Shown: piece after piece, positions 14,322 through 26,802 of the stretch
Layout of the letters: each line of letters begins with the position of its first letter
Position numbering within the stretch: the first letter of the stretch is position 1
NCBI GenBank assembly: GCA_021613535.1
Contig: CP075494.1
Span: 4,154,001-4,218,000 of the forward strand
Source: Adineta vaga
Lineage: Eukaryota > Animalia > Rotifera
Direction of reading: 5' to 3'
DNA length: 64,000 nt
Translations under genes and position numbers: made by a program
Notes under the pieces: generated by a model
Database searches by the model: none
Seen by the model: the letters and a program-made list of their open reading frames with translations, nothing else
What the model was told of the DNA's origin: nothing

Positions 14322-15413
14322 ATAAATGAAGGATTTCTATTCAATTGCTTCTATATATCAATGCTTTGTGAATAATTTGAATGATGTCTATTTCACAAAA
14401 GATATTATTTCTGAAAAAGTCTTACACAAATCATACATACTCGTACAATGACAGGCATTGCTTTTTGTTTTTTTTAATTTTATTTGAGATTTTATGCAAA
14501 AGAAGCATTATTTCTATCTATTTTCGACTTCGACAATAATATCGGTATTGTAACAATAAACCAGCAACAGTGCTGCAGCTCTGTTTTCATCAGAATCATC
14601 TGTGATAAATTGTAGGAAAAAGAGAATTTTACCCACAAAGTAGAACACACCACCCATTCCAGCAAAAATTGAAATAAAAATGGCTTGAACATTAGTTCAA
14701 TTCGATGACAATACGTCTACCTAGGAAAGAAATTGTTCGTTGTTGTCGATAAATGTTCTTTTCTGTTGAAGAAAATACGAAGCCAATAATGTCTGATCTG
14801 TCTTTGCAATAACATTAGCAAAATACATACAAGATCCACAAATGAAAAGAAGACCACCAAATAAGTAGAATGTACCATGTAATTAAATGAGGATAATCTA
14901 GAAGATTTTCATGCAAATCTTCGACAGGTATATCTTTTTCTATTGATTCGAAAAATATATGACAAAAAAGGGGCGGGATTGAAACGACGAGATCAGTAAT
15001 TGCCTCTTTTTCGAACTTCGATACCTCATGTAAAAATAACGTAATATGAGCGAAGCAATCGTATTTTTTACGAAACTATATGGATTGTTACAACCTTCAT
15101 CGTTAGATAGAGCAAATTAAATTTTGTAAGATTTTATATTCCGCTTGTTGATGTTGATAATCGAAGCTAATATTTGGAAATCTACGTGTGATTTAGTTAT
15201 TGTTCATACAAAAGGAAAAATGAACAATTTATACTCGTAATTTTTCTTTCGAAAGTATTCATTGAGTAAATAGATTCGGAAGAAAGAACGAGTCATTTTG
15301 TTATCGTATCGAAAGTATGTTGTGATGCATGAATGAATATAGTTACATCGCACATGTTGGATTCTTTTTCTTTTCCTTCAATAAACATATACTGTATTAC
15401 ATTATTTAAAAAA

Positions 15414-15686
15414 ATGGTTGCTGACTACGAACAACCAAAAAACAGTTGCTATGAAACACACACAAATGCTTCAATACTCGCATCGGAAATTCCAATGAGA
15501 AGAAATACGGATTTTTTATCACAATTAAACGATTCATTAGAAGAAAGATTAACATCGAAATCACAAAAACCACTGCCACAACCATTAGATTATATCATTT
15601 GGTCTAGTTTATTAACAATTTTTAGTATATTGATTTTTGGTTTTGTTGTTACTGTAATTTTAATTGCTCTATACAAAGGATTGTGA
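15414..15686 (+). CDS. Small C-terminally anchored membrane protein, unknown function
   Basis: MVADYEQPK... with a C-terminal hydrophobic helix. Confidence 0.5.
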   Translation: MVADYEQPKNSCYETHTNASILASEIPMRRNTDFLSQLNDSLEERLTSKSQKPLPQPLDYIIWSSLLTIFSILIFGFVVTVILIALYKGL

Positions 15687-16119
15687 TTTAATGTTAATAA
15701 ATACACCACTTTAAGATAGTTGAAGGATGCAAATATAAATCTTACACTTTAATTATTAAACCGATTTTTTCAACGCTCAATGTTCTATTTGCCTAGAAAT
15801 TTCCTGATATTTTTCTGCAGTTTTTATCTCGTTTGCAGAATATTTTGCCTACGCAACATGTTTAATACATAGTCGAGATTTGAATCAACATTTTTCTGTT
15901 TTGACGATCTAAGAGCACGTTCTCCGCGACGGATGGCGACAAAAGTCAAATTTATCTTGTAATCTATCTAACTACAAACTTTGATAATTCATATAATCGT
16001 ATGAAGTCAAATGATTTGAGATCTCTTTTCTTCATACATCTGTATGTCACTTTGCTGACTAAGTTAAGATAAATTGTAAGTGGTGCCATCAATTCACAAC
16101 TTTGACGATAATATTACAG

Positions 16120-19030
16120 ATGCTAATACTGTTGAAAATATGCTCGATTGGTATTCTTTTGCCCTTCTCCTTTCGATTGGTTAATGGATATCATTTCCTC
16201 GGCGGTTCAATGACATGGAAGGTTTGATTGAAATTCAAAATTTTTTCTATCAATGTTTCTCTTTGTTTAGCCACGACATTTTCAACCGAAGCATTCCGAT
16301 TGGGTTAGTATTGATTTGGTACAACGATATGTATGGAAACAGCATGGACGAGAGTATTGCAATGATTGATCACGATATTGGCCACAGTATATAGGACATT
16401 ATCAAAAAGTAAAATGTCTGTCAGTGAACTGTCCGATAGATTATTATCCTACAATAAGCAGTCCATGCATAGCTTACAGCGAGCAGCATAAGTGGGGTGC
16501 CAGTGAGAAACGTAATTGGATTATAATTAAAAAGAACGCGTCATTTGAAATTGGTTTCCAAGGTATAGATTAGTATTTTCCTTCGATTACTCTGATGACT
16601 ATTAGTTTTTGTTCAAGAACCTGAATGGAGTAATGAATTGAACAAACATGAACCTTTGGCTGGATCTATTTCAACTTTCATTTCAACCATTCCTCGATCA
16701 AATGGTAAGATATCTGTTCAAAAAATTATTAGGAAGCCGATTGAGTTCATATTTCTGTTCATCAAAGTAATTTGAATACACCACCATCGACAATAATGCC
16801 GTTGATTCAGCACGTACGTTTGCATACTGTCTGGTCGTGGAAAATTCCTGTAGTTGATGAAGATGGTGATCTTGTACGGTGTCGATGGGCTAATTCAGCC
16901 CATGTGAATGAATGTGGAGAGTTCGATATTTTCTTCTAGATTTACTTTTGAAAATATCTTTTTCTGCTTTTGATAGTGTTTGCCGTCCACCACGAAATGC
17001 GCATTTGGACGGGGATCATTGTATTCTCAATTACACTGCAATGGAACAGAAATCTATAGTAATCGCAATAAAAATCGAAGATTTTGAACGGAACTCACCA
17101 CAAAAAAGTCTCTCAAGCACATCCTTACAATGCATAATCAGAGTTTCCTCAAAACCTATAAATTGTAGCCAACGTATGTTTTTGTATTACATTACAAATG
17201 TCTTATTTTGAGGATATTTGCAGCTCCTCAGTATGTGAATCAATCGAGAAATGATTCTACAGTGAACATATTTGAATGTGAGACATGGCGTGATCAGGTA
17301 CAGTTTTCCACGAGTTGCGAAAATGTCCATATAGAAGATGTTCAAACCATTAAACCATCAGGTAAAAGTTCATATTATTTCTGGAATTGTAATTACTTTA
17401 TAAATTTCTCTTTGATGCAGATATGATTATCAAAACTGCACAAGAAACTTCTAGTAGTCATTTGCATACAGTTAATATCACATGGACACTAATTTATGAA
17501 GACTTGGGTGGACATTCAGTATGCTTTCAGCCTGTAAGAATGTGTTTTGTTGAGAATCGAATGATAAATAATCATTTTGAGAAATTGCAGCTAGACAGTA
17601 TTGGACAATATGGCTCTTTTACATGTATTCAGTATTTAGTGATTGGTAATAACACGCTATGGAGGATGTCAGTAACTCATCGAATGATTTCATCACTGGT
17701 GATCTTCATAACTAACCATTTGATACATTGCAGAAAAGATCTGCGTATTATTTAGGAAGTATGATACCAGTTGGTCTAGTTAATTCAAATCAGAGTCTTT
17801 GGACATTCCAATATGGCCGGGTAATGAATTTGGTCGGATCAGTCGGATGCCTCTATTCGTTTTTATGCTGTATTGACGCACAACGAAGTCTATAAGATCA
17901 ATGTTCGAACAAATCTGACAGCTTTGAATCAATCAGAAACATTCTTTACATTTTCCACACATTTCAAATGGATTGAAGTAAGAGATCTTGCGCTTTTTCT
18001 ACAATAATCAAATCTATTTCTATAGGATGAGCAATACTATATTCTCTTCGACACGTATTGATACGTTCTTTTGTCGAATACATTGATTTAAAGGAATATA
18101 TTTTCTAGAGGTGTCTTGGTAGATAAAACACGATGTGGGCTAGTAAGCCGAGCAGTTCATGAACCATCTTTCTGGATATTTGAAATATTGTCTAAAAACA
18201 AGAGTAAGTTCATTCCATTTGACAAGTTTTTCGTCGATAAAAAATAAGTATTAATCAATAATTGTTATATAGGTACGAAGAGATCTTTATTCTTTGTTGC
18301 ACCTATATGTGAAGTTGGATCAGAATGTGATGTTTTCAAAAAATATTGTTCTCACGGAAATCCATGTCAAAATGGTGGTACTTGTGAAAATCGAAATACC
18401 CTGCTATACCGATACCGTTGTGCATGTTTACCAGACTTCAATGGTACCCATTATGAAATCGATAATCGACCATGTCATCCAAATTCTTGTTTGAACTATG
18501 GTCAATAATTATTTTTCTTGATCTTCTTTTCATTATTCTTCCTTATCTTTTGCAGGTAGTTGTTATTCCACATCGAGCACAACATTTAATTGTTTGTGTC
18601 CAGCACCTTGGGAAGGCCGTTTCTGTGAGACGAAAATCAATTATTGTCATGGTATAACTTGTCAAAATAGAGGAGTCTGTCAATCATTAACGAATAACTC
18701 GATTTGTAAATGTCTTGGTGATCATTATTATTATGGACGATATTGGGAGTTTACTACTACAAAGATTATTATCTACAAAGTTATTGCGAAATCATTTGCT
18801 TATGTGCTGTCATTGCTATGGCTGTTGTTGCTATTCTTGTTGTCGTTATGGATATATTGAAATACGGATTTGGTATTGATCCCGTGCATGAAGAACGTGA
18901 AAAACTTCGACAAGAGAGACGAGCGAAAAGACGTCACTTTTTAGTACGAAGGTATGGCTTTGTGAACAAAGTGGACGAATCACATGTTGCATCAGCTTCA
19001 TTTTCAGTCGCCATTGAAACGATCGCTTGA
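16120..19030 (+). pseudogene. Multi-exon integrin-beta-like/Sib-type adhesion protein with EGF repeats and TM, degenerate
   Basis: Signal peptide plus YHFLGGSMTWK; motif PVVDEDGDLVRCRWA...ECG; EGF repeats (CPAPWEGRFCE, CQNRGVC); TM followed by DILKYGFGIDP. Several stops and frameshifts. Confidence 0.7.
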
Positions 19031-19408
19031 ATTTTTCTCGTCTATTGATGATAATATTTGACAATAAAATACGTTACAAAATGAAATAGAAAGTTTCATG
19101 TTATAAATATAGGAGGTGACAAAAACGTTCGCATTTTGAACAAAAAGAGACTGTGAGTGAAAGTGAGATATACGCATACTGTTAAGAAGATATTTCAACT
19201 GAATATAACGTAACAGTAAGATAAGGGAGACATACTCTTTCGCATTTGTGATGTAAGTGAAGAACACACAAAAAAGAAAATGTTCTTTGCTTTCTTTCCT
19301 TTTTCCTTTTTCGTTCTCTCTTCATTTCAATGTTGAATAACGAGATGAAGTAAAAAAAAGCATCTGTCGTTATTTGTGTTCGTCATATAACGTAGTAAAA
19401 AAATAAGT

Positions 19409-20971
19409 ATGTCCGTCATTCGTGTGTTTCCAGAATCACATCTGAAAGATTCATCTGATCCTCATCATGTTCCATTATCTATATTGGATTCAACTGTCGG
19501 CCATTTTGCTCCTACCTGTGCTACATGGATATATAATCCACCAATAGATGGCTATGGAATATCAACACAACAACTCGTACTTGCCTTAGAGAAAAGTCTG
19601 AACGTATATCCTCATTGGGCTGGTCAGCTTCAATTCATGCCTTACAAACCAAATGAAGATCATACTCATCGTTTTGGACGTTTGAGCATTCTTTACGGTA
19701 CCAAGTCAGATCCAGGCGTCGAGGTAGTTATCATACATCGTCCAGAAACAATCTCATCTTTCGTACCTAGTGCAACGGAACGTGAAACAGGTCTTGGATG
19801 GTGGAATGCTGAAGAAGCACCTTTGATAGAACTAGTACCAAATTCTTCTTTCCTCGCGTTACATGATCTCATCCATTATGAAGGTTTACCAGCAATGTTG
19901 GTTCAACTCACAACCTTCGAATGCGGTAGTTTATCTATTTCAATAAAACTTGCACATCCATTGGCAGACGCTCAAACATTAATCGGTTTCGCGCATAACT
20001 GGGCAGCTATCACTCGCGCTTTAATTACAGGCAACTCGTTACCTTCATTAAATGTCGTTTTTGAGCCTCGACGGTTAGATCAAGCTGCAGCTGGCAACAT
20101 CGATGCATCCAATCCAAATCCTACATTGATTAAAATTGCTCGCGATCTTCCTTTACATCGCTACGACCGATGGGCTTCATCAGATGGATGTCCTTCGTTT
20201 ATGACAGAAGCCACCAAAGTTCCACTTGGCCTGGATATTAGTAATATAATACTTGAAAATCCGTTACCTTGGTCAGAATGGGATGTCAGTGCGCCAGTGT
20301 CTCATTATCTTATAAGTTTTACTGTTGATGAAGTAAAAGCGATGTGGGAAGAAGCTTCATTAAATTCAGACGTACAAATCAGTCGTCTTGATGCACTTCT
20401 GGCACATATTTGGATTCTTATTATTCGAGCACGAGAACTAGTATACGATCAACAACCCATCTATCTTAATGTAACACTTGGAGTTCGACCTCGACTATCT
20501 CCTCCTCTTCCCGAAAATTTTGTTGGTTCACCGATTATCCTTGCTAAAGTTTTCACTGTTGGTCTACAGCCTATCGGCAAAATAGCTCTATCCATCCGTT
20601 CTATTCTCTCTAAATTCAATTCAATGAATATAGGTGCCATGTTGCATGATTTAGCTTTTGAAATTAGTCCTCATCGAATATGGAATGCCTTCCTTGGTCT
20701 ACGAAATACTATTGTTACTTCTTGGTTGCGTTTGGAAACATATGAAATAGATTTTGGGATGGGTCTGCCGAGATTTGTGGATGCTTTTATGCCTAGTGTG
20801 GATGGTTGTGTGCATCTCATGGAGAACGGAAATACAAATGATGCGAAGAAAAAGAATTGGTATGACGAGACAGTGAGCGTGTCTTTACATCTTAGAACGA
20901 ACATAATGAACAAGTTACTTAATGATCCGGATCTTCGAAAATATAGGAAAAACTCTCATGAAGCAATATAA
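19409..20971 (+). CDS. BAHD/transferase-family CoA-dependent acyltransferase (fungal-like)
   Basis: Intact, intronless, 520 aa. HxxxD (HPLAD), DFGWG-like DFGMG and YPHWAGQL motifs. Confidence 0.9.
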   Translation: MSVIRVFPESHLKDSSDPHHVPLSILDSTVGHFAPTCATWIYNPPIDGYGISTQQLVLALEKSLNVYPHWAGQLQFMPYKPNEDHTHRFGRLSILYGTKSDPGVEVVIIHRPETISSFVPSATERETGLGWWNAEEAPLIELVPNSSFLALHDLIHYEGLPAMLVQLTTFECGSLSISIKLAHPLADAQTLIGFAHNWAAITRALITGNSLPSLNVVFEPRRLDQAAAGNIDASNPNPTLIKIARDLPLHRYDRWASSDGCPSFMTEATKVPLGLDISNIILENPLPWSEWDVSAPVSHYLISFTVDEVKAMWEEASLNSDVQISRLDALLAHIWILIIRARELVYDQQPIYLNVTLGVRPRLSPPLPENFVGSPIILAKVFTVGLQPIGKIALSIRSILSKFNSMNIGAMLHDLAFEISPHRIWNAFLGLRNTIVTSWLRLETYEIDFGMGLPRFVDAFMPSVDGCVHLMENGNTNDAKKKNWYDETVSVSLHLRTNIMNKLLNDPDLRKYRKNSHEAI

Positions 20972-21172
20972 CGAGTATCTTATTGATAGGTTGTCTTTGA
21001 TACAAGTTATTGTTTAAATAAATAATAAAAACGGGATATTTCGTAGCATAACGTAAAGTAAGTAGATGATGACAAAAGAAAATGATAAACGATCACAAAC
21101 AACAATAATAAAAGAAATAAAACTCCACACCCATTATATTATACAAGTATAAATATTGACTTTTGATTTCAT

Positions 21173-21958
21173 TCATACAAAAACGATATATAACTTTGGA
21201 AATATAGTTATCTGAATAAATAGAAGTGTTATGCAAATTGTATTTTTTCTAGCTTGATTTGTTTGTTGATTTGAACAATTCCATCCTTTCGGAGGAATGA
21301 AGATGGCTGGATCAAATTCTTCGACGACAACAGTATAATTTGTAAACCACAAATATTGATAGACATCGAAGAATGGTTGAGGTAATGTATGTTGATAAAT
21401 GAGACGTCCGTCAGCAGCATCTGTATCAGTAAACCAAGTGACAACATCAGTCGCACAATTCCATCGATAAGCTTTCGTTGTTTGATAGTAGAGTGTCGCA
21501 TTATATGAACATAATTCTGCAATCCAATTTTGTGAGAGTGTAGTAGGTTTTCCTGGATATGTAACACAGAATATTCCATTTTGTGTAACATTAGCATAGT
21601 ACTGATACATGTTGGAAGGAGCTGATGAAGCAAAAAGTGTATCATAGGGTGAAGGAAATGTTCCAGCAAAATAGAGATCATCAGCTCGAAATTTCTGATT
21701 GATCGAATCAATGATCTGATATAAAATACCAGAACCAGCTGGTAAATTACTTGTCATATTGATAAATTGAAAATGTGCAGTTGCTGTCCATCTTGGCGGA
21801 TATACAGGAGGATTAGGAGGTGTATCTTCTATATAAGGTACACTTGCCCGTCCGAATGACAAATCACGAATGAATCCATCCATGAGACAGTCGATTTTTC
21901 TCCATTTGAACATGAAGATGAACAAGAAAAAAATAATCTTTATGGATTGCAAATACAT
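21173..21958 (-). CDS. Secreted, possibly GPI-anchored, ependymin-related (EPDR/LolA-fold) protein
   Basis: Signal peptide, PPVYPPRW, DSINQKFRAD, C-terminal FDPAIFIPPKGWNC and a hydrophobic tail. Confidence 0.65.
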   Translation of the reverse strand: MYLQSIKIIFFLFIFMFKWRKIDCLMDGFIRDLSFGRASVPYIEDTPPNPPVYPPRWTATAHFQFINMTSNLPAGSGILYQIIDSINQKFRADDLYFAGTFPSPYDTLFASSAPSNMYQYYANVTQNGIFCVTYPGKPTTLSQNWIAELCSYNATLYYQTTKAYRWNCATDVVTWFTDTDAADGRLIYQHTLPQPFFDVYQYLWFTNYTVVVEEFDPAIFIPPKGWNCSNQQTNQARKNTICITLLFIQITIFPKLYIVFV

Positions 21959-22443
21959 TTTGTTAAAATCTACTATTGCTTATGAAATTCAGAAGACTAC
22001 ATGAGAAGGTCGTTTTATTTGTTGATAGTGAGATATTCTTGTACAAATAGTATGCGATACTGATAAGTAAAAGAAAATGTTCTCGTATTGAATCATAAGG
22101 ACAAATAGAATAAATGATAATGTTAAATAAGATAATGTCGATGAGGTGAGCGAGAAAGAGTGATGCATTAATTCATACCCACACCCATACCATGTTTATT
22201 GAATAAAAATAAAGAAAATCAAGAGCGAGATTAGTAAAAAATTTCCAGAATACTGCAAATGAATTAAAAATGAGAGCGTTTTAAAAACACATATAACTAC
22301 GAGATAGACAATATGATAAAAGCAGTTTTACTAAATACATTGTGTCCAGGATTGAAAGAAGATTGAGTAGAACAAAAAAAAATAGAAAATAGAAAAGTAT
22401 GGTCTGTTGATTCCATCTTATGAATTGTTGAATTGTTTTGTTT

Positions 22444-24861
22444 TCAGTTCACACTAAAAAGAATTCATTAAAAATTTAGCATTCATCAAATGAATATGAT
22501 AAACAGTACCTATTGATAATCTTACTTTTAACGTCAATAATTTTATCAACGAAAGGTACCATCTTCGGATGTTCACCTATTCGTCCAAACAGATGTATAC
22601 CATCGCAATATCCCATATGAGTACACACCATTCGAGGACAGATCTTATCAATTTTGACGTCCCAACGAATCTTTTTTTCATCCCAATGACGTTCGCATTT
22701 TTCTCGTGCTGGACAACGTTTGCACAACTCTTTCATATGTTCAACATATTTCGCCACGCGTTTTTTCATACATTTCTTCTTTTGAATGACATGCTTAATA
22801 CAGCATTGACATTTGTTGTTATCTTCTGAACATTGATCTATAAAAATAAATAAATAAATAAAGATTTTTACAATATGTTAGCTGCTGATTAAGTCCTACA
22901 CCACTCACCAATTGTTACTGTTTTAGTATTCGTTTCGTTTCCATTATCTTCACAACGTGCAAAGAAGTCTTGAATGGATGCTGTACTAAAACTGATTGTT
23001 TCCATTTTTATACTATCACCTTGAACAATTTGTTGGCAAAGTTTTTGAAAAGGTCCTAACATTGGACATATTTCTTTGTTCATTATGTTGATGTAAGCCT
23101 GATCATAATCATCTAAATGATAAGCGGCATTTTGTTCGCAAAAACCCATTGTTTGACAAGTATTTTTCACATCAAATTCATCCATCAAGAAACGAATATC
23201 TGCTGTTACTCCTGCAACAAATTGTAAACATTGTGTGACGTTCGATTTTGTGCATAGACTAGGCAAGTAAGATGTAAGTCGATCGATCACTTTTCTAGCT
23301 GCATCTTTACGAGGTTGAAAACGTTGAACACAAGCAGTACATTTCTCTTCCATATTTGAAGAACAATGATGGTTTACTGCACAAAATTCATCTGCTTTCA
23401 TTGAATGTAGATAATTATTCATGGTATTAAATTGTTTGTTAAACATTTCTTGACAGTTTTCTTTCGATGAATGATGTCCGCAAGTATCCATCAATGTTTT
23501 GTAAACTGTTTCCTAAAATAATTTATGTTATACATTCTTTCTTATAGAAATACAAATGATATTTACTAAATTATTGACATAGAATTTCGTAGACACTTGA
23601 ATGGCACTTTTGCAACATCACATTGAGTTCTATTTGCATCGATTTTAATCGATTGCACTTCCTTTTTGAAATATTTCTCGATCCGTGTTGTATCATTTTG
23701 AAGCATAGCTATATAAGTTTTGGCATAACGACGACTATCGACCGATGCAGAAATATGAATACAAATGGTTTGTAATTGTTCAAATTCATTGCAAATATTT
23801 TTAGTGAAGTAAGTGTCTAATTGTACATCAAGCAATAATTCGAGTAATAATGATGGTGAATCGACAGTAAAATCAATCTTTGATTTCTCCAATACTCCAT
23901 TGACATCATTATTTTCAGCTGTTTTCTTACAATAGCCAAGATGTTTACAAACAGCATGTGGACAAATATTTCCAATTTTTTTCAAGACACGACGTTCCTT
24001 TTCTCGAATCCAGTAACGGCAAAGATGTGGTCGACGTGAATGTTTACACATATGCAAACGTTTTCGAGCGATGTGTTTTACAATGTGACGAAGACGCATT
24101 TTTCTTCTTTCAACGTGCATTCTGCAGCATTGACATTTATCTTTACTTTTACTTGAACACTATGTGGAAATGTACATACAATGCAATACAAAAGAATAAG
24201 TTATGTATCGTCTTACGTCAATTTTCTCGTCGTCATCATCATTATCATTATGGTCAAGATCTATTTCACTGTAGTCATCGATTTTCTGACAAATCTGAGA
24301 GATTCCTATGAAAAGACATTCGAGAGTACATCATAAGTAAAATTATACAAAACTTACGGTTCCATTTTTTACATGTTCATAGATTTTTGCACCATATTCC
24401 GTGACCATTTCATGACACTAAAAATCAGAACAATCAGCCATTATGTAAAGCTCTGCTTGAACAACTAACCTGTTCAATGAGTTTTTCATCTGCAAGTTTT
24501 TTACAATCTCCATCTAAATAAATGCTGATTTCATTTGCAGATTTTTTCTGATAAATATGCAAATCATATGTAGCTCGAACTATAACGTTGCATAACATTC
24601 GTTCTTTATCATTGATAGATCCGTCATCAATTCCTTCTTCTGATGAATCTTTAATCATTGAAAATAGAGTGTCAGAAAAGAAAACAATATTTATTAGACG
24701 AAAGTTTACCGAATGATGTTTTAGGTGGTGGAAAAACAAATGCCGTTGTTCCGACCATCATTGTAGCAAAAACTATAGAAAAAATGAGAAAAATTCTTTT
24801 TCTAAATTCAATCAAATTTCTACATACTCAATAGAAGACCGATAAACGCGATCTTCCCCAT
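22444..24861 (-). CDS. Prosaposin-like multi-saposin (SAPLIP) precursor, multi-exon
   Basis: Signal peptide (MGKIAFIGLL...) and repeated saposin B Cys patterns (CxxC...C...C...VCxxLGYC) across ORFs 24739, 24120, 23494 and 22769, joined by short GT-AG introns. Confidence 0.85.
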
Positions 24862-25109
24862 TTTAATACTTATCGAACGATAAAACTATGACTTTTACGA
24901 TCGTAAAATAATAAATCTAGAAAACGATTATATAAGTATGGACTCTCCGAAGAGAAAAAAGAATACTAAAATGAAGGTTTATTATACATTTGTATGCGGC
25001 GGACGAGAACGCGAAAAGTTACGGATGAAAACATCTAGATTTGATCTATTACAGTAACAGGTAAAACTAAAGAACATAATGTCGCAAGAGAGGAAAGCAA
25101 CATATTCAT

Positions 25110-25115
25110 CACGTG
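25110..25115. promoter_or_regulatory. E-box CACGTG (CLEAR-like) ~250 bp upstream of the saposin gene
   Basis: TCACGTGG upstream of the ATG at 24861. Lysosomal genes are MiT/TFE targets in other animals. Confidence 0.25.
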
Positions 25116-25761
25116 GTGTGAACAACATCGAATATTTTCTCTTCACAATGCGAAGAAAACGATGGAGAAAAAAAATAAGACGTCATTTTTTTACGTTTCC
25201 TCATAAAAATTAATTGCGTCGTTGTAATAAAGAGTAAAAATAAAAAATGCCGAAGAAGAATGAAAATTAATCAAAATATATAGTATTTGTTTTCTGCAAT
25301 AGAAAAATATCGAGTTCACAGTAAATGTGCCAGTTGTATGAAAAAATGCAGTCTCCTATTATACCACTTGAACTTTGAGAAACGAACACAATTCTTTCCA
25401 TCAATCATACAGAAGATATTTTCTAACTACTCTTTTTAAACTTCTGATTAAAAGGAAAGTGAATTACGAATATACAATCAGCATTATTCTAATATAAAAT
25501 TATACACTTAAACTCAACGAAGGTAAAGAATATTGTTGTCATGTTTAGATGTACTATATCGACGTCGACGACAGAAAGTAGAAAAGAAGAGGCGTATGAT
25601 TCAAACGTATTCTTTGATGTAAGAAATAAAATCATTTATGCATACATATTGATGGTTAAACTTCTCAATAGCATACTCAGAGAAGGAAAAAGACATACTT
25701 CTTATTTCAACGTATTTGACCTCTCGTTTTAGATCGTTTTCTATAAAGAGAAAACAAGTTC

Positions 25762-26802
25762 ATGGCAACAATTCGTGTTCTTCATTTAGTTGGATCTTCT
25801 TACAATGATTTCTATTACGAATTATCATGCAGAAATGCTCGATGTAACTTAAATATGATACCAAATTTACCATTATTTCAAGACAGTCAAATTGCATTGA
25901 TTACACTTGATGGTTACTGGCGATTTCCTCCGACACTCAAATTAGAAGATATTGATGCTTCGAAACCGATGCCTCTCTCCGAAGCCATACAATTTATGAC
26001 AACGGAAAAAATTGATCTCGTCATGCCACACATGTATTGTATTCCTGGGATGACTCACTATCGCGCACTATTTGATTTACTTAAAATTCCTTATATGGGT
26101 AATAGTTCTGATGTCATGGCCATAGCAGCTCACAAAGGCAGAACGAAAGCCATTGTTGCAGCAGCAGGAGTCAAAGTACCTTTTGGTGAACTACTACGTC
26201 GAGGTGATGTTCCAACTCTTCCACCTCCAGCGATTGTAAAGCCTGCATACGGAGATAATTCTCTAGGAATGTGCCTTGTTAAACAAACTGTGAGTATGAA
26301 ACTGCTTTAAAAACAGCTTTTGAACATGCAGACGAAGTTATCGTAGAGACATTCATTCAACCTGGTCGAGAAGTGCGTTCTGGCATCATTGTCAAAGATG
26401 GTCAGCTCGTTGCTTTACCCCTTGAAGAGTATGCGATAGATCAACATGAACGACCGATTCGAACTCATGCTGAGAAATTTCCAGAACTAGATGCTGATGG
26501 TAAATTCCAAGGCTGGCCAAAAGATAGTATTCAACGGTACTGGATCGTCGACAGTTAATGATCCGATCACAGGAAAAGTTCAAGAGATAGCGAAGAAGTG
26601 TCATATGGCTTTAGGCTGTCGTCATTATAGTGCGTTTGACTTCCGAATTGACCCGTCCGAAGAACCTTGGCTTCTAGAAGCTGGTTTGTATTGTTCGTTT
26701 GATGGTGGAGGTGGAATTCCTTATATGGCAAAAGCTGCTGGAATATCTTTGGATGAATTATCGACGATAATGATTAAAGAAACATTAAATATGAGTTTAT
26801 AA
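25762..26802 (+). pseudogene. mysD: MysD-type D-Ala-D-Ala-ligase-like ATP-grasp (mycosporine-glycine:amino acid ligase homolog), two frameshifts
   Basis: LHLVGS, WRFP, MYCIPGMTHYRALFDLLKIPYMGN, AAAGVKVP, DNSLG, LGCRHYSAFDFRIDP, LEAGLYCSF. A -1 shift at ~26290 and a +1 shift at ~26556. Intronless. Confidence 0.88.

Noticed and set aside
26290-26316. GTGAGT...AG mini-intron that might repair the mysD frameshift
   Set aside because: It is 27 nt, a multiple of 3, so the frame is not restored. It would also delete conserved EYETALK residues.
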